From the NCBI GenBank assembly GCA_963709635.1, contig CAVPXA010000023.1:20602-84601 (forward strand): a stretch of DNA of 64,000 bases, written 5' to 3'. This document shows, piece by piece, positions 1 to 10,634 of this stretch. Made by a program: the position numbers and the translations under genes. The notes under the pieces were generated by a model, which did no database searches, was not told the DNA's origin, and saw only the letters and a program-made list of their open reading frames with translations. The first letter of the stretch is position 1; the number at the start of each line of letters is the position of its first letter. The DNA comes from an uncultured Thermoleophilia bacterium. GTDB taxonomy: Bacteria; Actinomycetota; Thermoleophilia; UBA2241.

Positions 1-32
1 GACGCGGCGGCCGGCGGCGACGAGGCGGGCCG

Positions 33-1766
33 GTGATCCGCCTGCTCCGCACCGGCCTGCGCCCCTACAGCTGGCTCATCGTCCTCGTCGTCATCCTCAC
101 GCTGGCGCAGGTCATCGCCAACCTCTACCTGCCCACGCTCAACGCCGACATCATCAACAACGGCGTGGTCACGGGAGACACCACCTACATCCTGCAGGTG
201 GGCGCCGTCATGCTGGCGGTCACGCTCGTCTCCGCGCTCGCCGCCATCGCCTCCGTCTACTTCGGCTCCAGGACCTCCATGGGCCTCGGCCGCGACACGC
301 GCGGGGCGCTCTTCCGCCGCGTCCAGAAGTTCTCCCAGGCCGAGGTCAACCGCTTCGGCGCGCCGTCGCTCATCACGCGCACCACCAACGACGTGCAGCA
401 GGTGCAGATGGTGGTGCTGATGATGCTCAACGTCGTGCTCATGGCGCCGATGATGGCCGTCGGCGGCGTCATCATGGCGCTGCGCCTCAACGTCACGCTC
501 TCGACCGTCATCCTGGTCGCGATCCCCATCATGGGCGCGTTCATCGGCCTCGTGATCTCGCGGGCGACGCCGCTGTTCATGTCCATGCAGAAGAAGATCG
601 ACCGCATCAACCAGGTGACGCGCGAGTTCCTGAGCGGCGTGCGCGTCATCCGCGCCTTCGACAGGACGGTCTACGAGGAGAAGCGCTTCGACGTCGCCAA
701 CCAGGACCTCACCGACACCTCGCTCAAGGTCGGGCGGCTGTTCGCGATGGTGTTCCCGGCCGTCACGCTCATCATGAACTTCACGACCATCGCCATCATG
801 TGGTTCGGCGGCAAGCAGATCGCCGACGGCAGCATGCCCATCGGCGACCTCACCGCCTTCCTGCAGTACGTGTTCATGATCCTGTTCTCGGTGCTCATGG
901 CGACGTTCATGTTCGTGATGGTGCCGCGCGCCGCCGTCTCGGCGCAGCGCATCATGGAGGTGCTGGACGTCGAGCCGAGCATCGTCGACCCGGAGCAGCC
1001 GGCCCAGGACGTGCCCGAGGCCGGCCTCGTCGAGTTCCGCGACGTGGAGTTCCGCTACCCCGGCGCCGAGGAGCCGGTGCTGAGCGGCATCACCTTCACG
1101 GCGCGGCCGGGCGAGACCACCGCCATCGTCGGCAGCACCGGCAGCGGCAAGACGACGCTGATCAGCCTCATCCCGCGCTTCTACGAGGCGACGGGCGGCG
1201 CGGTGCTCGTGGACGGGGTGGACGTCCGCGAGCTCTCGCAGCAGGACCTGTGGCGCAGGATCGGCCTCGTGCCGCAGAAGTCGTTCCTCTTCAGCGGCAC
1301 GGTGGCGGACAACCTGCGCCACGGCGACGACGAGGCGGCCGAGGAGCGGCTGTGGCACTACCTCGAGATCGCCCAGGGGCGCGAGTTCGTCGAGGAGATG
1401 CCGGAGGGGCTGGACACCCACGTCGCCCAGGGCGGCGCCAGCGTCTCCGGCGGGCAGCGCCAGCGCCTCGCCATCGCCCGGGCGCTGGCCAAGCAGGCGA
1501 GGATCCAGATCTACGACGACAGCTTCTCCGCCCTCGACTTCAGCACCGACGCCAAGCTGCGCGCGGCGCTGCACAAGCACACCGCGGACGCGACCGTCAT
1601 CATCGTCGCGCAGCGCGTCGGCACCATCATGCACGCCGACCAGATCGTCGTGCTCGACGACGACGGCACGATCGCCGGCAAGGGCACCCACGAGGAACTG
1701 CTCGAGACCAGCGAGACCTACCGCGAGATCGTCACCTCGCAGCTGGGCGTGGAGGGCGCGGCATGA
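33..1766 (+). CDS. ABC transporter ATP-binding protein/permease (exporter half-transporter)
   Basis: 577-aa ORF. N-terminal multi-TM domain, then an NBD with Walker A GSTGSGKTT, signature VSGGQRQRLAIARAL and Walker B IQIYDDSFSALD. Stop overlaps the next start (ATGA 1763-1766). The frame is open to nt 1, so the GTG-33 start is provisional. Confidence 0.9.
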   Translation: MIRLLRTGLRPYSWLIVLVVILTLAQVIANLYLPTLNADIINNGVVTGDTTYILQVGAVMLAVTLVSALAAIASVYFGSRTSMGLGRDTRGALFRRVQKFSQAEVNRFGAPSLITRTTNDVQQVQMVVLMMLNVVLMAPMMAVGGVIMALRLNVTLSTVILVAIPIMGAFIGLVISRATPLFMSMQKKIDRINQVTREFLSGVRVIRAFDRTVYEEKRFDVANQDLTDTSLKVGRLFAMVFPAVTLIMNFTTIAIMWFGGKQIADGSMPIGDLTAFLQYVFMILFSVLMATFMFVMVPRAAVSAQRIMEVLDVEPSIVDPEQPAQDVPEAGLVEFRDVEFRYPGAEEPVLSGITFTARPGETTAIVGSTGSGKTTLISLIPRFYEATGGAVLVDGVDVRELSQQDLWRRIGLVPQKSFLFSGTVADNLRHGDDEAAEERLWHYLEIAQGREFVEEMPEGLDTHVAQGGASVSGGQRQRLAIARALAKQARIQIYDDSFSALDFSTDAKLRAALHKHTADATVIIVAQRVGTIMHADQIVVLDDDGTIAGKGTHEELLETSETYREIVTSQLGVEGAA

Positions 1767-3791
1767 CGCCGGCGCAGGACAAGCCCCAGGCGGGCGGGCC
1801 GCAGCCGACCGGCGCGGGCAAGCCGCAGGACGGAGCCCCGAAGCGACCGGGCGGACCCCCGGGGCCCGGTCCCGCCGGCCCGGGCGGTCACGCCCTCACA
1901 CAGCCGACCGCCAAGGCCAAGGACTTCAAGGGCACCATGCGCCGGCTCGTCGGCGAGCTCCGCCCGGAGCGCACCCTGCTCATCATCGTGGTGCTGCTCG
2001 CCGTCGCCAGCGTGGCGTTCGCCGTGGTCGGGCCCAAGATCCTCGGCAACGCGACCAACATCCTCTTCGAGGGCGTCGTCAACGGGCAGATCCCGGCCGG
2101 CACCACCAAGGAGCAGGCCGTCGCAGGCCTGCGGGCGCAGGGCCAGGACCGCATCGCCGACATGATCTCGGGGATGGACCTCGATCCCGGCCAGGGCATC
2201 GACTTCGACGCCCTCGGCCGCACGCTGGCGTTCCTCGCCGCCGTGTACCTGGTGAGCGCGCTGTTCCAGTGGCTGCAGTCGTACCTGATGGCCGGCGTCG
2301 CGCAGCGCGCCATCTACCGGCTGCGGCGGAAGGCGGACGAGAAGCTGGCGCGCCTGCCGCTCAAGTACTTCGACGACCACCCGCGCGGCGACGTGCTCAG
2401 CCGCATGACCAACGACATCGACAACATCTCGCAGTCGCTGCAGCAGAGCCTCACGCAGATCATCACCTCGGCGCTGACCATCATCGGCGTGCTCATCATG
2501 ATGCTCACCATCAGCTGGCTGCTGGCGCTGATCTCGGTGCTGGTGGTGCCGATCTCGGTGGTGATCACGGTGCTGATCGCCAAGCGCTCGCAGAAGCAGT
2601 TCGCCAGGCAGTGGGAGACCACCGGCGACCTCAACGGCCACGTGGAGGAGATGTTCACCGGCCACAACGTGGTCAAGGTGTTCGGCCGCCAGGACGCGGC
2701 CATCGCCGAGTTCGACGAGCAGAACGAGGCGCTCTACCAGGCGAGCTTCAAGGCCCAGTTCATCTCCGGGATCATCATGCCGGTCATGAACTCCGTGATG
2801 AACCTCAACTACGTCGCCATCGCCGTCGTCGGCGGGCTGATGGTCGCGACAGGCCGCATCTCTCTCGGCGACGTGCAGGCGTTCATCCAGTACTCGCGCC
2901 AGTTCACGATGCCGATCACGCAGGTGGCCGGCATCATGAACGTGCTGCAGAGCACGGCGGCGTCGGCCGAGCGCATCTTCGAGCTGCTCGACGAGGCGGA
3001 GGAGACACCCGACCCGGCCGCGTGCGTCCTGTTCGAGCACACGCGCGGCCACATCGAGCTGGAAGACGTGTCGTTCCGCTACGTGCCCGACACGCCGCTC
3101 ATCACCGGCCTGACGCTCGACGTGCGCGCCGGGCGAGACCGTGGCCATCGTCGGCCCCACCGGCGCCGGCAAGACCACGCTCGTCAACCTGCTGCTGCGC
3201 TTCTACGACATCGACGAGGGCCGGATCCTCGTGGACGGCGTGGAGACCCGCGACATCAGCCGCAGCGACCTGCGCCGCCTGTTCGGCATGGTGCTGCAGG
3301 ACACGTGGCTGTTCAGCGGCACCATCCGCGACAACATCGCCTACGGCCGGGAGGGCGCCACCGAGGAGGAGATCCGCGCGGCGGCCAAGGCGGCGCGCGT
3401 GGACCACTTCGTGCGCGCGCTCCCCGACGGCTACGACACCCTGCTCGACGACGACGCCACCAACATGTCGCAGGGCGAGCGCCAGCTGCTCACCATCGCG
3501 CGGGCGTTCCTCGCCGACCCGGACATCCTCATCCTCGACGAGGCCACGAGCTCGGTCGACACGCGCACCGAGGTGCTGATCCAGCAGGCGATGGCGGAGC
3601 TCATGCGGGAGCGCACCAGCTTCGTCATCGCCCACCGCCTGAGCACCATCCGCGGCGCCGACATCATCCTCGTCATGGACAGGGGCGCGATCATCGAGCA
3701 AGGCAGCCACGAAGAGCTCATGGCCGCGAACGGCTTCTACCACGACCTCTACGCCAGCCAGTTCGAGCAGGCGCTGGACGAGGCGGTCTGA
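1763..3791 (+). pseudogene. ABC transporter ATP-binding protein/permease (partner half-transporter), frameshifted
   Basis: ATG 1763. The TM domain reads in the frame of ORF 800..3850 up to LTLDVRAG. The NBD ([41 protein letters not shown]) continues in ORF 3141..3791. One extra G in GGG 3131-3133 (GCC GGC GAG ACC expected). Length is 2029 nt = 3n+1. Confidence 0.85.
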
Positions 3792-3892
3792 CCCGCCCGC
3801 GACCGCTGCACCCCCGCCGGGCGCTTCCCCACATCCCAGCCTGCGTCTAGCGTGCGCCCACCGAGGGTAGGCTGACGCCGGGAGTAGGGGGC

Positions 3893-4871
3893 GTGAGCAC
3901 GATGGCCGGTGTCCAGGGGAGTTCCGGGAGCCGATCCGTACCAGGAGTGCGCCGTCTGCTGCTGCCGCCGGTCGCCGACGACCCGGCGAAGACCAGCGCG
4001 GCACGACTCAACCACTGGCTGGCGCTCGCGACGATGGCGGCGAACCTCGTCGCGCTCCTTGCCCTGATCGCCTTCCTGCCGGAGCACACGACTCGCTTCG
4101 TCGATCCTGATCGCCGCCATCCTCGCAGTGGGCCTCACGGCGTTCTTCCTCAACCGGAGCGGACGTCCGTGCGCCTCGGCTTGGATGCTGGTCGCAGGTC
4201 TCTGGCTCGTCGGAAGCACGTCCGCCTGGACCGCCGGCGGGACGGCCAACACCGCCATCGCCTGCACCATCGCGCTCGTTGCGACGGCGAGCGTGCTGCT
4301 CGGCTGGAGGACCGGTGTCGTCCTCGCCGCCGCCGCCGTGGCGACGGTCTGGATCGTCGCCTACGCGGAGACGTCCGGTCTGCTGCCCGAGCCCGCGCTG
4401 GTGCAGACGGCGTGGGTCAGGGCCATCTAGCTGTCGGACTTCATCGCCCTGACGGCCGTCGCGATGCTGCTGTTCGCGCAGGACCTCACGGGCGCGCGCG
4501 ACAGAGCGGTTTCGGCCGCGTCGGAGAACGCGCGCAGCGAGCAGGCGGTGCGCGCCGTCATGGACAACGCGCCGTTCGGCGTCCACATGTACCGCCTTGA
4601 CGACGAGGAACGCCGGAGGATCGAGGTGGGGTCCGTGCGCGACAACGGCGGTGGCGTCGTCTTCTACGTCCGTGACGACGGCGCCGGCTTCGACCAGGAG
4701 CACGCCGCCGACATCTTCCGCCCGTTCCACCGCCAGCACACGCAGGAGGAGTTCCCGGGCACGGGCGTCGGCTTGGCGACCGTGCAGCGCGCCCTCGACA
4801 AGCTCGGCGGGAGCTGCCGGGCGGAGGGCGAGCCCGGCAAGGGCGCCACCTTCTTCTTCACCCTCGGCTGA
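3893..4871 (+). pseudogene. sensor histidine kinase remnant (frameshift, in-frame stop, internal deletion)
   Basis: TM helices lie in the frame of 3893, then in the frame of 4128 after a shift near 4085-4095. An in-frame TAG at 4428-4430 splits one helix (WVRAI*LSDFIALTAVAMLLF; ORFs 4128 and 4464 share a frame). A PAS-like start (AVMDNAPFGVHMYRLDDEE) runs straight into the C-terminal part of a HATPase_c domain (VRDDGAGFD, GTGVGLATV, GKGATFFFTL). There is no DHp/H-box, which implies a deletion near 4610. Confidence 0.7.
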
Positions 4872-5045
4872 CCGCGACGGCCGGCGCCGTCCGGCCTCCG
4901 GCCGCGGCTTCGCCGCATCGTCCCGGCAGCCGCCGGCGCACTGGCCGCCTCGTCATGTGCTCGCGTACGACCGAGAGGCTAGACTGGGCACCAGAGAGGC
5001 CCGGCCGCACCGCGATCCCGGGCAGTACCCGAGTCTGGAGGATCC

Positions 5046-6869
5046 ATGCACACTCGTCGTCCGGGCCGGCTGACGCTGCCGGCCGTCCTTCTGCTCCTCC
5101 TCGTCGGGCTGGCCGCAGTGCCGGCGCCGGCGCTGGCCGAGGCCTCGCCGTCCGCGGCCGCGTCGGACGCCAAGGTCATCTACCGCGTCGGCCTGCAGAG
5201 CGAAGTCGACAACATGAACCCGTTCTCCACGTACAGCACCATCCCGTGGGAGACCTTCCGCGTCGGCTACAACTTCCTCACCTGGTACGACGCCGACTAC
5301 AAGCCGGTACCCGACCTCGCCACCGAGGTGCCGACGGTGGAGAACGGCGGGATCACCGAGGGCGGCAAGGTCTGGACCTTCCACATCCGCCCCAACGTCA
5401 AGTGGAGCGACGGCCAGCCGCTCACGGCCAGGGACGTCGCCTACACGTACAACCGGATCCTCCGCCAGGAGATCGGGATGTACATCGGCTACTTCCCCAA
5501 CGTCACCAAGGTCGAGGCGACCGACGACTCCACCGTGGTCATCACCTCCAAGAAGCCGAACGCCGTCATGACCGCCCTGTACGTGCCGATCGTGCCGGAG
5601 CACATCTGGAGCGAGGTCCCGGACAACAAGGTCGAGAGCTGGAAGAACCTCCCGACCGTGTCCAGCGGACCGTTCCACGTGACCGAGTACAAGAGCGGCA
5701 AGTACGTGAAGATGGAGAAGAACCAGTACTACAAGGACGGCTTCGGCGTCGAGCCGGCCATCGACGAGGTCTTCTTCAACATCTACCAGACGCAGGACGG
5801 CGTCGTGGCCGACTACAAGGCGGGCAACCTCGACGCCGCCATCGAGCTGGACCCGGGCTTCTACCAGAGCCTCCAGGACGTGCCCGGCTCGACCTCCGCC
5901 GCCGCCCCCGGCCTCGGCTTCCACGAGCTCGGCATGAACTGCTACGACAGCCCCAAGAGCAAGGGCAACCCGCTGCTGCTCGACAAGAACATCCGCCTGG
6001 CCATCGACTACGCCGTCGACAAAGAGGCCATCGCCGCCGTCGCCATGGCCGGGCTCGCCCAGCCCGCGTCGTCGCTGCTCTCGCCGGTCGACACCTTCTA
6101 CCGCTGGGCGGTGCCGGCCGACCAGCTGCGCACCTACGACCCGGAGAAGGCCAAGGCACTGCTCGACGAGGCCGGCTACACGGTCGGCGACGACGGCATC
6201 CGCGAGGACGCCAAGGGCAACAAGCTCGAGTTCCGCCTGGCCGCGTTCAACGAGTACCCGATGGACATCACCGCGGCCAAGAAGATCACCTCGTACCTCA
6301 AGGACGTCGGCATCGGCACCGACCTGCAGGTGATGGACGAGAACGCCTTCTACGACCTCAACTACGACAACGCCGACAACGACCTCTACATCTGGAGCTG
6401 GACCGCCGACATCGACCCCGGCTACATCCTGAGCACGTTCACCACGGGCCAGATCCTCAACGGCAGCGACTCGGAGTACTCCAACCCGCAGTACGACGCG
6501 CTCTACATCGAGCAGTCCGAGGCCGTGGACCCGGCCGAGCGGCAGCAACTGGTGCAGGAGATGCAGCAGATCCTGTACGCCGACTCGCCGTACTCGATCC
6601 TCTGGTACAACACCCTCGTCCAGGCGTTCCGCACAGACACGTGGACCGGCTACAGCCACGTGCCGAAGGGTGAGGACGGCGCCGCGTTCCGCAACATGCT
6701 GCGCGACACCTACGTGAACCTGAAGCCCGTGGTGGCGACGGAGAGCGCGGCCGAGACCGGCGGCAGCAACACCGGCCTCATCGTCGGCATCGTCGTCGCC
6801 GTCGTGGTCGTGATCGCGATCGTCGCCGTCGTCCTGATGCGGCGCAAGCCGCGGACCGTCGAGGAGTGA
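5046..6869 (+). CDS. ABC transporter substrate-binding protein, family 5 (peptide/nickel type), with C-terminal TM anchor
   Basis: Intact 607-aa ORF with GGAGGA just upstream of the ATG. Signal peptide MHTRRPGRLTLPAVLLLLLVGLAAVPAPALA. DppA/OppA-like core. C-terminal helix LIVGIVVAVVVVIAIVAVVLM followed by RRKPR. Confidence 0.85.
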   Translation: MHTRRPGRLTLPAVLLLLLVGLAAVPAPALAEASPSAAASDAKVIYRVGLQSEVDNMNPFSTYSTIPWETFRVGYNFLTWYDADYKPVPDLATEVPTVENGGITEGGKVWTFHIRPNVKWSDGQPLTARDVAYTYNRILRQEIGMYIGYFPNVTKVEATDDSTVVITSKKPNAVMTALYVPIVPEHIWSEVPDNKVESWKNLPTVSSGPFHVTEYKSGKYVKMEKNQYYKDGFGVEPAIDEVFFNIYQTQDGVVADYKAGNLDAAIELDPGFYQSLQDVPGSTSAAAPGLGFHELGMNCYDSPKSKGNPLLLDKNIRLAIDYAVDKEAIAAVAMAGLAQPASSLLSPVDTFYRWAVPADQLRTYDPEKAKALLDEAGYTVGDDGIREDAKGNKLEFRLAAFNEYPMDITAAKKITSYLKDVGIGTDLQVMDENAFYDLNYDNADNDLYIWSWTADIDPGYILSTFTTGQILNGSDSEYSNPQYDALYIEQSEAVDPAERQQLVQEMQQILYADSPYSILWYNTLVQAFRTDTWTGYSHVPKGEDGAAFRNMLRDTYVNLKPVVATESAAETGGSNTGLIVGIVVAVVVVIAIVAVVLMRRKPRTVEE

Positions 6870-7189
6870 CGCGCTGAGGGCGCTGAAGATCGCGTGACCG
6901 GCAGGCGCGCGGAGGCTGAGCCAGCCGCCCGCGCCCGCTTCCGCGCACGCACCCGCGACGGCGACGGCGACGGCTGACGGGAGAGGATGTGTACGATGCG
7001 CCTCTGTGCCAGACGTACGCAGTCGGCGGCGACGTACGCTTATGGTGCACAGGCGGAGGGGCGATGCGTCCCACGCGCGCCGTCCTCGACATCGCCGGCC
7101 CGCGACCGGCTGTAGACAGACAGGAGACCTCGGCGCGCGACACTCGGGTCACTCAGGCAGCCGGCGGCAGGCGGCTCGACGCCGGCGGG

Positions 7190-7842
7190 TCAGACGGCCG
7201 GCGGGCGCTCGAACTGCTCGACGAGAGCGCCGAGCAGCGAGCGGTACACGCGGTCGTAGTCGGCCTCCATGAACCGCAACCGCGTCGTGCGCAGCACGGC
7301 GAGGCCGTGCACCAGCGCCCAGAGGTTGTACGCCATCTCGTCGCGACCGTAGCCGGGCCGCTCGTGGAACACGCCGGCGTCGATGCCCGTCTGCACCGCG
7401 AGCTGCGGGATGGCGAAGGTGGACTCTCCGGTCATGAACTCCTCCCAGGTGTCGAACTGGATGGGGAGGGTGTTGAAGAGCAGCTGGAACTGGCCGGGGT
7501 GCTGCTCGGCGAAGTCGATGTAGCGCAGGCCGAGGGCGACGACATCTCCCCAGGAGTGGCCCCTCTGGCGCTCATGTCGTCGAAGAAGGCGCCGAACTGG
7601 GCCTCGACGGTGCCGCCGATCTCGGAGACGGCCTCGAGGAGCGCGTCCTTGCTCGGGAAGTAGTGGTAGAGCGCCATGGCCTCGACGCCGAGGCGATCGC
7701 CCAGGGCGCGCATGGTGAGCTTCTTGAGGCCCTGCTCCTCCACGATCTCCAGGGCTGCCGCGATGATGGTCTCGCGGCTGAGCTGCTGCCGCTGCCGCTG
7801 CTTGCCGGGCAGCGGCCTGCCCTGCCTGCCGATCTCCGCCAT
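7190..7842 (-). pseudogene. TetR/AcrR family transcriptional regulator, frameshifted
   Basis: ATG 7842 is preceded by GGAAGGGGAGAG. The HTH region (RETIIAAALEIVEEQGLKKLTMRALGDRLGVEAMALYHYFPSKDALL) is in ORF 7432..7992. The C-terminal ligand domain (HSWGDVVALGLRYIDFAEQHPGQFQLLF...LWALVHGLAVL) continues in ORF 7190..7435. A 1-nt loss sits at CCCC 7560-7563. Length is 653 nt = 3n-1. Confidence 0.85.
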
Positions 7843-7883
7843 CTCTCCCCTTCCGCCACGGGGCGTTGGCCCCGAACTGCCTC

Positions 7884-7939
7884 TTGACAACTTTACGGTG
7901 TAAGAACTACTCTTCTTACGACGTAAGCTTACATCGTAA
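7884..7939. promoter_or_regulatory. divergent promoter/operator region: TTGACA -35 box plus three TTAC-N3-GTAA inverted repeats
   Basis: TTGACA at 7884-7889. TTACGGTGTAA at 7893-7903, TTACGACGTAA at 7916-7926 (extended CTTACGACGTAAG) and TTACATCGTAA at 7929-7939. All lie between the divergent TetR gene (start 7842) and the membrane-protein gene (start 7964), in a locally AT-richer tract. Confidence 0.6.
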
Positions 7940-7963
7940 AAAGCCACACCGCAAGGAGGAGTC

Positions 7964-8452
7964 ATGACCGTCCACACCGACACCGGCACCAAGACCGACG
8001 CGAGAAGCCGGGCCGTGTGGCCCGCGCGGCCGCACTCTGGTCGCGGGCTTCTTCGTGCTCCACGCCCTCGCTCATCTCGTCGGGCTGAAGGACATCTGGG
8101 GCATCGGGGCCGGCGTCTCCAACACGACCACGTACCTGACCGGCCTCGACCCGCACTCGACCGCCTACGCGGCGCTCGGCGCGATCTGGCTCGCCGCGTG
8201 CGTGCTCTTCGTGGTCGCCGCCGCCGGCATCGTGCTGCGCCGCGGCTGGTGGCTCGTGGGCGCGTTCGCGGCCGCCGGTACTTCGCTGGCCGTCTGCATC
8301 CTGTGGCAGGACGCCGCCATAGTGGGTCTGGTCGTCAATGCCGTGATCCTCGTCGGCCTGGCCGCCTGGACGGTCGTGCAGTCGTCTCGTCCGGGCGCAC
8401 TGACGGCCGAGACCGCGGCAGCCCACGAAGGACCTGGAGGAACCCCCCATGA
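7964..8452 (+). pseudogene. hypothetical small polytopic membrane protein, two compensating frameshifts
   Basis: Strong SD AGGAGGA before ATG 7964. After about 20 codons the hydrophobic reading (TLVAGFFVLHALAHLVGLKDIWG...VILVGLAAW) continues in the frame of ORF 8055. The only stop that couples to the next start (ATGA 8449-8452) is back in the first frame. A C6 run at 8443-8448 would give ...GGTPP* if it were C7. Confidence 0.5.
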
Positions 8453-9432
8453 CCGCTCCGACACATCTCCCAGCGACGACCAGGCGCGGCCCGGAGCGGC
8501 GGCCATCCGCGTCTCCCGCGCCGTCCTCTGGCTCGGCGTGCTCATCGCCGTGCTCGCGCTGGTTGCCAGCCTGGCGGGCGTACTCCAGAGCGGCGGCGCC
8601 GGCTCGACCTCCGTCACGACGGTGCGCGGAGACGACGCCCAGCTCCTCGGGGAGGGACTGTACCGCTACGACACCACGTTCACGGGCGCCGCCTTCCGCG
8701 GGACGGACGCCGTCAACATCGTCCTCGGGGTCCCGGCGCTCCTCGTCTGCCTCGCGCTCTACCGGCGCGGGTCGCTGCGCGGCGCGCTCGCCCTGACCGG
8801 CGTCGTAGCGTACTTCCTCTACATCTACGCGAGCATGTCGCTCGCCGCAGCGTACAACCCCCTCTTCCTGGTGTACGTCGCAGCGCTCTCGGCGAGCTTC
8901 TACGCGCTGGTGCTCCTCTTGCGCTCGATCGACCTCGGCGCGCTCGGCGACGAGCGGCCTTGCGAGGCTGCCGCGGCGCCTGCCCGGCGTGTTCTTCATC
9001 GTCGCCGGGCTCATGACCGCGGTCGTCTGGCTGATGCCCCTCGTCGAGGCTCTGGCCGCCGGCGGCCCTCCCGACAGGATGGACACGTACAGCACCGCTG
9101 TGACCTTCGCGCTGGACCTCGCGCTGATCGTCCCGGCGTGCTTCGTCACGGCGCGGCTCCTGCTGCGCCGGGCCGCGCTCGGGTACCTGGTCGCGGCCGC
9201 GCTCCTCGGCATCATCGTCTTCCTGGGGCCCAACTTCGTGGCCCAGACGATCAGCCAGGTGTGGGCAGGCGTGGAGTTCACGACCGCGGAGGTCGTCGGC
9301 CCCATCGGCGGGTTCGGATCCGTGGCCGTGGCCGCGGTCTGGGTGAGCGTGGCGATCCTGCGCCGGCTGCCCGCACGGCGGGCCGGCGCACGCGCCGAGT
9401 CCGGCGCCTACTTCTTGCCGGCGCGGACGTAG
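8449..9432 (+). pseudogene. hypothetical polytopic membrane protein, two compensating frameshifts
   Basis: GGAGGA lies 8 nt before ATG 8449. TM-rich sequence (AVLWLGVLIAVLALVASLAG...YRYDTTFTGAAFRGTDAVNIVLGVPALLV...) sits in the frame of ORF 8055 from about 8500 to about 8960. It then returns to the frame of ORF 8989..9432 (VFFIVAGLMTAVVWLMPLVEAL...). Family not recognised. Confidence 0.5.
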
Positions 9433-10592
9433 CCGATGTCGCCGTCGATCCTGATCGACGTGTCGAGCGGGGCGGAGTACTCCTTGACGAGCTTGAGGAT
9501 GGTCCGCCCCGCTTCGCCGTGCTGGATGCTCGGGATGCCGGTGGTGGACGCGTAGGCCGGCACCAGGCGCGCGGTCACTCCGTCCGGCTTGAGCGTGGCG
9601 TCCACCAGCACGGTCTGGCCGGAGGGGACCGAGATGTGGTCGAACACGAGGTCGCCGAGGCTGTAGGCGATGAGCCGGCGCTTGTAGGTCTCGAACCCCT
9701 GCAGCACGTGCGGGTGATGGCCGATGACGAGGTCGGCGCCGGCGTCGATGGCGGCGTGCCCCTCCGTGGTCTGCTGGCTCACCGGGTAGTGCTGGTACTC
9801 GTAGCCCCAGTGGAAGCCCACGACCACGTAGTCGACCCTGGCGGAGAGCTCCCTGACGTCCTTCTTCATGCGCCCGATGTCGGTGAAGGCCTGGGCCACG
9901 CCGGCGTGGCTCTTCGTGGCCTCGAACCCCGGCCACCAGACGTCGCTGTAGCCGAGGAACCCGACGGTGGCGCCGGAGGCTGTGGTGACGATCGCCGGCG
10001 CGTGCGCGTCGTCGAAGTCCTTGCCGGCGCCGACGACCTGCACGCCGGCCTTCTCGAGCCGCGCGATGGTGTCCCTGAGCGCCGCGCGCCCGTAGTCGAC
10101 GGAGTGGTTGTTGCCCATGGTCACGACGTTGATGCCGGCCCTGGCCAGGGCCGGGGCGAACGACGGCGGGCCCTCGAACGTGTACACCTTCTCCGTCTTG
10201 GGCTCGCCGAGCGTGGACGTGACGCCCTCGAGGTTGACCCAGGCGGCGTCGCCCTTCTTGAGCACGGGAGCGATGTCCTCGAGGACGGCGTCGGGGCCGT
10301 TGGCGTTGGCGTACTGCTCCACCGAGCGGTCCGGCATCACGTCGCCGCCGCTGACCACCCGCGCCGTGACCGGCTGCGCGGGGGCCGGGGACGCGGACGC
10401 GGCGCTCGCGGAGCCGGACGCGGCGGCCCGGCCGGAGGAGCCGCCGGAGGCGGCCTCGCCGGCGTCTCCGCCGCTGCCCGCCCACGCGACGGCCACTCCG
10501 AGGAGGAACGCGCAGAGCGCGATGACGCCGAGCGCGGTCAGCTGACGCCGGCGCGCCCGGCTGCGGCGGAGTCGTCGTGCGCTGCGGTCCAT
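9408..10592 (-). CDS. CapA family protein (PGA_cap metallophosphatase-like), membrane anchored
   Basis: Intact 394-aa ORF. N-terminal Arg-rich region plus a TM helix. Motifs include GGDVMPDR, NLEGV, MGNNHSVDYG, VVGFHWGYEY and VIGHHPHVLQG. Confidence 0.85.
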   Translation of the reverse strand: MDRSARRLRRSRARRRQLTALGVIALCAFLLGVAVAWAGSGGDAGEAASGGSSGRAAASGSASAASASPAPAQPVTARVVSGGDVMPDRSVEQYANANGPDAVLEDIAPVLKKGDAAWVNLEGVTSTLGEPKTEKVYTFEGPPSFAPALARAGINVVTMGNNHSVDYGRAALRDTIARLEKAGVQVVGAGKDFDDAHAPAIVTTASGATVGFLGYSDVWWPGFEATKSHAGVAQAFTDIGRMKKDVRELSARVDYVVVGFHWGYEYQHYPVSQQTTEGHAAIDAGADLVIGHHPHVLQGFETYKRRLIAYSLGDLVFDHISVPSGQTVLVDATLKPDGVTARLVPAYASTTGIPSIQHGEAGRTILKLVKEYSAPLDTSIRIDGDIGYVRAGKK

Positions 10593-10634
10593 GAGTGTGA
10601 TGGTAGCGGGACCGAGTGGGGCCGTCGCCGGCCG

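Noticed and set aside
4428-4430. Recoding (pyrrolysine or readthrough) at the in-frame TAG of the kinase gene
   Set aside because: There is no supporting context, and the same gene also carries a frameshift and a domain deletion. A plain nonsense lesion is the simpler reading.
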